Of a DNA stretch of 64,000 nt, positions 58,295 to 64,000 are shown one piece after another (position 1 is the first letter of the stretch; the number at the start of each line of letters is the position of its first letter). The notes beneath the pieces are model-generated. The model saw only the letters and a list, made by a program, of their open reading frames with translations, searched no databases and had not been told where the DNA came from. Both the position numbers and the translations under genes were made by a program. The stretch is from contig CAXBMO010000004.1 of NCBI GenBank assembly GCA_963977015.1, forward strand, positions 224,001 to 288,000, in the 5' to 3' direction. This DNA comes from an uncultured bacterium. GTDB taxonomy: Bacteria; Verrucomicrobiota; Verrucomicrobiia; Verrucomicrobiales; DEV007.

Positions 58295-58534
58295 CCGCAA
58301 ACAAAAAAACCTCTTAACTTACTTATAATGAACAACTTAAGTGAGCAATTGGCTGAGTGAGGTGGTATTAACCAAATTTTCTAAAAATTAGCAAACTAGC
58401 CCTTGTTTAAGGAACAACCCTCACCTCAAGCACGGCCAAAATCAGTGCAGTTCGGCCATAAAACCAGACAATCGATGCCTTTCACAACGTTCTCTTCCTC
58501 ATATTTGAATTCCACGCTTAGTAGCTAAAACTCC

Positions 58535-59356
58535 TCAATTCATCACCGCCTCAATCTGCTCCCGCGTGAGCCGCCATTTGGCGTTGCATCGGGGACAGGT
58601 GACGGTGATGGCTTCGTCGCCTTGGAACAATTCGTCCAGTCCCTGGCTGGCGAGCGGGGCGATGGCGGGGTAGATGCGTTCGAGGTTGCAGCCGCATTCG
58701 AACCGGAACTTCCGCGTTTCAAGGAGGCTGAGCGTTTCGTCGTTTTCCAGATTGCGGGCACCTTCGGGAGTGAGCGCTTCGAGCCATTCCTCGTCGCAGT
58801 CCGGTTGCGCACTGATCATGAAAAACTCTTCGTCGCCGAGCTCAAAAATGCGGGCACGGCGTTGTTCGCTCTGCAGGTAAAACGTCTCCACCGCGTCAAA
58901 AACGCGGCTTCCCTTCATCTCGGTCGTGCTTTGGCGCGGGTCTTCATTCTGCACCTTCACCTGGGCGTAAAACAGTCCGTTTTTCGTTTCCCGAACGCCG
59001 TCCGTGAAGACACGACCGGTGACGCTCTCGCCCAAGCTGCTGGCGGTGACGAAGAGATTGGCCAGCGGATTGGGAATGTTAAGCGTCCACGCGTGGGTTT
59101 CCTTCCACGGACGAGTCGTTGCGTGGAGCACCACCGCAGCGAGGCCGTCCTTCAGCATCAGGTCCAGTTCAGGCGGATATTGCACCGCCTGATCCATGAG
59201 ATGCAGATAGTAGTCCACATAGAGCCGCTCGAAGCTGGCGTGAACCGCCAAGGCATTGCGCTCCCGGACAAAGTAGCTGCGAACCTCAATCAGCGTGGTC
59301 GCATCCCGCGCGTCAGGAACGCTTGGCATTTCGGAACTGGAATCAGCTTCTGACAT
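58535..59356 (-). CDS. hslO: Hsp33 family redox-regulated chaperone
   Basis: YLQSEQ; C-terminal Zn motif FECGC...VTCPRC. TGATG overlap with secDF. Confidence 0.8.
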   Translation of the reverse strand: MSEADSSSEMPSVPDARDATTLIEVRSYFVRERNALAVHASFERLYVDYYLHLMDQAVQYPPELDLMLKDGLAAVVLHATTRPWKETHAWTLNIPNPLANLFVTASSLGESVTGRVFTDGVRETKNGLFYAQVKVQNEDPRQSTTEMKGSRVFDAVETFYLQSEQRRARIFELGDEEFFMISAQPDCDEEWLEALTPEGARNLENDETLSLLETRKFRFECGCNLERIYPAIAPLASQGLDELFQGDEAITVTCPRCNAKWRLTREQIEAVMN

Positions 59357-62145
59357 CAGGCAGTCGCCGGTCCAGCCACTTTCGCGGCTTCCGCATCCAT
59401 GACTTCGCGGCGCAAATTGAGTTTGCGGGTCCGCGCCCACCAAAGGACGATGGGCGATGCAACGAAGAGGGAGGAGTAGGTTCCGATCAGGACACCGATG
59501 ATCAGCGTGAGCGCGAAATCATTCAGCGAAGGCCCGCCAAAGACGAAGAGCGTGCCCACGACGATCAAGGTCGTGATACTGGTCAAAATCGTCCGGCTCA
59601 ACGTGGCATTGAGGCAGAAGTTCATCACGTCCTTGATGTCGCCACGTTTGGTTCGCAAACCTTCCCGCAATCGGTCGAACACCACAATGGTGTCGTTGAT
59701 CGAGTAACCCGCGATTGTGAGCAAAGCGCCCACCGTGATCAGGTTGATTTCATGACCAAAGAAGATCACGAGACCAAGGGTGATGGTTAAATCGTGAATC
59801 ACGGCGACGATGGCACCGAGCGCGAAGGCCATCGATTCGAATCGGAAGCTGACATACAGCATGATCCCAACCAAGCCGAGAGCCAATGCGAGGATGGACG
59901 ACTTGAGCATCTCGTTTCCGACATTGGAGCCAACGGATTCGAGCGAGGTGTCCTCAAGAGGCATTTGCAACGCTTCCCGCAGATGATCGCGGGCAAGATC
60001 GCCTTGTTTTTCCGGAACGCGGATGGTGTAGAACACCGTCTCGGTTCCTTGAGGCTTCTGCTCCTGAACCTGCGGTTCACCTCCCAGATCGACCGAACGC
60101 AGCGCATCCTGGATTTTGGGGACGGAAAGATCTTCCGAAGATTGAATGGTGAGCAAGTCACCGCCGCGCAACCCCACTCCCAGAGCGGAATCCTGTTTCA
60201 CCCAGAGGAGCGAAATCGCTCCGATGACCAAGATAATGGAGATCATCGCGGCCTTGCGTCGCTTGCCGAGGAAGTCAATGCTGCGCTCCTTCACCAACTG
60301 CCAGAGGCTGATGTTTTTGAGGATGCCTGCGTCCATGAGCCAACCGAAGCAAACCCGGGTCACCAGCAATGAGGTAAAGAGCGAACCAAACACCCCGATC
60401 ATGAGGGTAATCGCGAAACCCTTGATGGTTCCGGTCGCGAACCAGAGCAAAATCGCCGCAGCAATCAGCGTGGTGATGTTGGCATCGAAAATCGCGGAAA
60501 ACGCCTTCCCATAAGCCGCGTCAAGCGCCGCCTTGAACGACTTCCCGGCCTTTTGCTCCTCTCGCAGTCGTTCGTAAATGAGGACGTTCGCATCGATCGC
60601 GATACCAATGGTCAGAATAATTCCGGCAATACCCGGCATCGTCATGACGAACTGGAACATCGACATGATGCCAAAAATGATGACGACGTTGAGCGCCAGA
60701 CCAATGGTCGCGACCAAGCCGGCAAAGTTGTAGTAAACCAGCACGAAAAGCAGCGTGATGGCCAAACCAGCAATCCCCGCATACATTCCCTGACGAATCG
60801 TGTCCTCACCCATCGCCGGGCTCACGCTCGACTCCGACTCGATCTTGATCGGGTTCTGGAGCGGGTTCTTCAGCTTGGTGGCCAAGGTGAGCGCTTCGTG
60901 TTGATCGAAACTTCCCGTGATCATGAAGTTTGCGCCAAACACCCCGTTGATGGATGGAGCCATGATGACCTCGCGATCGACGAGAATCGCCATCCGTTTG
61001 CCCACATTTTCCTTGGTGAGGTTCCGCATTTTGCCGTCGGCCTCCCCTTTCAACTCGACGTTGATCTGGAATCCGCCCGGCGCATAACTCACGCCGGCGT
61101 TATTGATCAACTCGCCACCGATTGGCGCCCGCAATTGGACGATCTCGGCTTGTTCAGAAATCTTCTCGCGTGCTTCAGCAATGGCGCGGTCAAGCTTGGC
61201 AAGCAGGCGGGTCCGCAATCCGTTTTCGTCGCCTTCAGCTTCGATCAACGCCACCAGCGCCTTCTTCTCTTCCAGCTTTCGCTCGAGAGACGCCGTTCCG
61301 TAGGGCTCGACCAGCTCATATCCGGGAAAGACCTTTCCTTCACGCGCTTGACTCACCAGAAACGCTGAGGAGGACTGGCCATTGGGATGAACCAGGGCCA
61401 ATTCCAGTTTCGCGGTTTCCTCCAGCTTGCTCCGGATGAGATCGCGTTCTTCCTCGCTGATCCCCGGCATCTGCAACAAAATACGATTCGTGCCTTGGGG
61501 AGACATCGTCAAATCGGTGACCCCGCCTTCGTCGAGACGGCGCTGCAGCGTCGCCATGACGTCCTGAACCGCCTGTTCATCGATCTCCTTCTCGCCATCA
61601 CTCTGGATCTCGAGGATGAACTGGGTTCCCCCCTGAAGATCAATCCCTTTCGGCATGGGGAAATTGAGAAAGAAAAAGAGCGTAAACGCTGCAACACCCA
61701 GGGTGAGAGCGGTGCCGACAATCCGGCGTTTCACGACTTTCTCGATCGCGAAGTAGGCCACAAACAAGCCAAACAATCCCAGTCCGATCCAGAAAATCAT
61801 CATCGGGTTGATCGCGTGCGCAACCTCTTCAATCGGCGCCGCGACTTCCGGAATGGAACCTTCCGGAGCAGCGCTAACCACCGTTTCGCGCGCTTCACCG
61901 GCGACTTCCGCCGCAGCGTCTTGCGTTTGCGCAACGGCTTCCTTGGCTGCCTCAGCGGTCTCGGTCGCCGCTGCCGCGCCAGCTTCCGCCGCGTCCTTGG
62001 CAACGTCTTTCACCGCTTCGGCTGCTTCCGCAACAGCCCCGCCCGCATCGGCAGCGGCTTGACCAGCTTGAGCGACGGCATCACCTGCCGCCTCGGTAAT
62101 TTGCTGAGTGAAGGCGAATGCCTGAGTCAGAATTTCAAAGTCCAT
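59356..62145 (-). CDS. secDF: Fused protein translocase subunit SecDF
   Basis: GIDLQGG, MTMPGIAGIILTIGIAIDANVLIYER, GTIKGFA, GYSINDTIVVFDR, TLSRT, GTYSS. Confidence 0.96.
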   Translation of the reverse strand: MDFEILTQAFAFTQQITEAAGDAVAQAGQAAADAGGAVAEAAEAVKDVAKDAAEAGAAAATETAEAAKEAVAQTQDAAAEVAGEARETVVSAAPEGSIPEVAAPIEEVAHAINPMMIFWIGLGLFGLFVAYFAIEKVVKRRIVGTALTLGVAAFTLFFFLNFPMPKGIDLQGGTQFILEIQSDGEKEIDEQAVQDVMATLQRRLDEGGVTDLTMSPQGTNRILLQMPGISEEERDLIRSKLEETAKLELALVHPNGQSSSAFLVSQAREGKVFPGYELVEPYGTASLERKLEEKKALVALIEAEGDENGLRTRLLAKLDRAIAEAREKISEQAEIVQLRAPIGGELINNAGVSYAPGGFQINVELKGEADGKMRNLTKENVGKRMAILVDREVIMAPSINGVFGANFMITGSFDQHEALTLATKLKNPLQNPIKIESESSVSPAMGEDTIRQGMYAGIAGLAITLLFVLVYYNFAGLVATIGLALNVVIIFGIMSMFQFVMTMPGIAGIILTIGIAIDANVLIYERLREEQKAGKSFKAALDAAYGKAFSAIFDANITTLIAAAILLWFATGTIKGFAITLMIGVFGSLFTSLLVTRVCFGWLMDAGILKNISLWQLVKERSIDFLGKRRKAAMISIILVIGAISLLWVKQDSALGVGLRGGDLLTIQSSEDLSVPKIQDALRSVDLGGEPQVQEQKPQGTETVFYTIRVPEKQGDLARDHLREALQMPLEDTSLESVGSNVGNEMLKSSILALALGLVGIMLYVSFRFESMAFALGAIVAVIHDLTITLGLVIFFGHEINLITVGALLTIAGYSINDTIVVFDRLREGLRTKRGDIKDVMNFCLNATLSRTILTSITTLIVVGTLFVFGGPSLNDFALTLIIGVLIGTYSSLFVASPIVLWWARTRKLNLRREVMDAEAAKVAGPATA

Positions 62146-62180
62146 GATCTAGGGATTTAACGGGATTCGAAAAACGGCGA

Positions 62181-62597
62181 TTAGCTCGCTCGCAGCTTGA
62201 CCTCTTCGTCCTGAGGCTCGTCGTCCCCGCCATCTCCTCCGTCATCGTCTGAGCTGGCGTCACCTTTGCCGATCACCGTGGCGATGCTCGACTTGTCGAA
62301 CTTCATCTTCACGCCCTCGGCAACTTTTACGGTGACGGTTCCCTTGGCGTCGTTCTTATTGGCGACGATTCCATGAATTCCACCCGCGCTGATGACGCTG
62401 TCACCAACTTTCATTGAGCTGAGCTGGGCCTCCAACTTTTTGCGGCGTTGATTGTTGGGGCGCAGGATGAGGAAGTACATTAAACCGAACATCAACAGCA
62501 TGGGGACAAGCAAGCTGCCGATTCCTCCAGACGGTGGCGGAGTAGCTGGTGCTTCTTGGGCGACGAACAAAAGATCTGAAAGATCGAAAAGAGACAT
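62181..62597 (-). CDS. yajC: Preprotein translocase subunit YajC
   Basis: MYFLILRP..QRRK, GDSVISAGGIHG. Lies between tgt and secDF. Confidence 0.93.
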   Translation of the reverse strand: MSLFDLSDLLFVAQEAPATPPPSGGIGSLLVPMLLMFGLMYFLILRPNNQRRKKLEAQLSSMKVGDSVISAGGIHGIVANKNDAKGTVTVKVAEGVKMKFDKSSIATVIGKGDASSDDDGGDGGDDEPQDEEVKLRAS

Positions 62598-62607
62598 TTT
62601 ATAGGGA

Positions 62608-63741
62608 CTATGAAGGTTGTGATTTCTCTTGCCCAGCACGATAACGAGCCACGAATTCCTTCCGGAACCGAGCAAAAGAGCCGTCCTCGATAACACACCT
62701 GATCCGACTCATCAAGCTGAGATAAAAATGGAGGTTGTGGAGCGTTAAGAGCCTCATTCCCAGGATTTCGCCCTGAGTGACCAAATGCCGGATGTATCCG
62801 CGACTGAATCCGGCACAAAGTGGGTGCGTATTGGGCGAGATCGGCTGGTCATCCAGCTCGAAACGCTTGTTGTTGAAATTGAGCGTTCCGTCCTCGGTGT
62901 ACGCCGTTCCATGCCGGGCCACCCGGGTCGGCAACACGCAGTCAAACATATCGACGCCGCGCGCCACCATCTCGACCAATTGATCCGGCTGACCGAGCCC
63001 CATCGCGTAACGCGGCCGGTCGGCCGGGAGAAACGGAACCGAATGCTCGACCGCACGCATCATCTCGTTCTCGGGTTCGCCGACGCTAACTCCGCCGATC
63101 GCGTAGCCATGAAAATCGAGCTCCACCAGCTTCTTCGCGCTTTCTTCCCGCAGATCCGCAAACGTCGATCCCTGCACAATCGCAAAAAGCTGTTGGCGAG
63201 CCGGGTCCGCGTGCTCATCGAACCAGCGCCGGCAGCGCGTTTCCCAGTTCAGCGTCAGGTCCAAGCTCTTCGCCGCGTAATCGCGCTCGCAGGGATAAGG
63301 CGGACATTCGTCAAACGCCATCACGATGTCGCTCCCCAAGTCTGACTGAATCTCCATCGATTTTTCCGGGCTCAAAAACATCGGCGAACCATCGAGGTGA
63401 CTCTGAAATCGAACCCCGTCCTGCTCGATCTTTCGCAATTTCGCCAAACTCCAAACCTGAAACCCACCGCTATCGGTCAAAATCGGCCGATCCCAGTTCA
63501 TGAATCCGTGCAACCCGCCGAACTTCTTCACGACCTCCGGACCGGGTCGCAGCCAGAGGTGATAGGTGTTGCCGAGAATGATCTGCGCCTCCAGCTCAAC
63601 CAACTCCGCCGGGCTCACGGCCTTGACCGACGCCCGCGTGCCCACCGGCATGAAGATCGGGGTCTGGATTTCGCCGTGTGCCGTCGTCAAGCGACCGCGG
63701 CGAGCCTGGGTTTCGGAATCGGTTTGAAGTAGTTCGAACAT
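62608..63741 (-). CDS. tgt: tRNA-guanine transglycosylase
   Basis: TPIFMPVGT, NTYHL, TDSGGFQV, FDEC, VQG, DMFDCVLPTR, LTLHN. Confidence 0.97.
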   Translation of the reverse strand: MFELLQTDSETQARRGRLTTAHGEIQTPIFMPVGTRASVKAVSPAELVELEAQIILGNTYHLWLRPGPEVVKKFGGLHGFMNWDRPILTDSGGFQVWSLAKLRKIEQDGVRFQSHLDGSPMFLSPEKSMEIQSDLGSDIVMAFDECPPYPCERDYAAKSLDLTLNWETRCRRWFDEHADPARQQLFAIVQGSTFADLREESAKKLVELDFHGYAIGGVSVGEPENEMMRAVEHSVPFLPADRPRYAMGLGQPDQLVEMVARGVDMFDCVLPTRVARHGTAYTEDGTLNFNNKRFELDDQPISPNTHPLCAGFSRGYIRHLVTQGEILGMRLLTLHNLHFYLSLMSRIRCVIEDGSFARFRKEFVARYRAGQEKSQPS

Positions 63742-63798
63742 GGCAACAAAGAGAGCCGCAACCTCTCCCGGCTTCCTGCGACGAAGTCAACGCAAGAA

Positions 63799-63999
63799 CT
63801 ACTTCAGCGTCGCCAGGTACGCCACAACGTCCCGAAGTTCCCGCTTGCTCAGCAACGCCATCATCGGTGGCATCAGGCTGATGGGTGGCGTTTGGGTCGC
63901 GATATCGGCCTTGTTGACGTTGTCGGTCTTCTTTCCGTCCGCGCTGCGGATTTCGAGCTGCTTTTCGGTTTCCTTGCGAAGTTGACCGGAAACGGTTTT
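63799..63999 (-). CDS. C-terminal end of a second PVC-type heme-binding protein (partial, runs off the window)
   Basis: Translated by hand: KTVSGQLRKET...ISLMPPMMALLSKRELRDVVAYLATLK*. Same ending pattern as 24874-27843 (SLMP...ELVDLVAYLTSLR). Confidence 0.8.
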   Translation of the reverse strand, partial: KTVSGQLRKETEKQLEIRSADGKKTDNVNKADIATQTPPISLMPPMMALLSKRELRDVVAYLATLK

Positions 64000-64000
64000 G

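Noticed and set aside
1-64000. CRISPR array, rRNA, transposase or integrase
   Set aside because: No regularly spaced direct repeats or matching motifs were seen by eye. Nearly all of the sequence is accounted for by protein-coding genes.

Overview
GC-rich bacterial chromosome segment, mostly core genes. It most likely comes from a free-living member of the PVC superphylum, probably Verrucomicrobiota. This is inferred from a DUF1549/DUF1553 cytochrome c protein, two PVC-type CxxCH heme proteins, fused ccoNO and fused secDF; no database search was run. Contents in order: partial yidC, two hsp20 genes and jag; a two-headed peptidoglycan hydrolase; pssA; maf; a complete cbb3 oxidase cluster (ccoS-NO-Q-P-G-H-like, DsbD_2/TauE-like, ccoI), including two small genes the ORF track misses; rnhA, recJ and an RNase H-like nuclease; two Tat amidases and a 3D-domain protein; STAS-PP2C-grpE-dnaJ-rsmE; sppA; nnr; a receiver-pseudokinase-TM-FGE fusion; a zinc metalloprotease; an AT-rich single-gene insertion (AlbA_2/Schlafen-HATPase-HTH); and tgt-yajC-secDF-hslO. 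I saw no rRNA, canonical tRNA, CRISPR array, integrase or transposase. The best candidates for undescribed biology are (1) the receiver-pseudokinase-FGE gene run next to a Tat amidase, (2) a structured pseudoknot/terminator RNA upstream of rnhA, (3) the orphan amidase-GH108 lysin and a lysozyme-like lipoprotein, (4) sigma54-type control of the hsp20 pair, and (5) the Schlafen-like island. All functional calls come from motifs recognised by eye.
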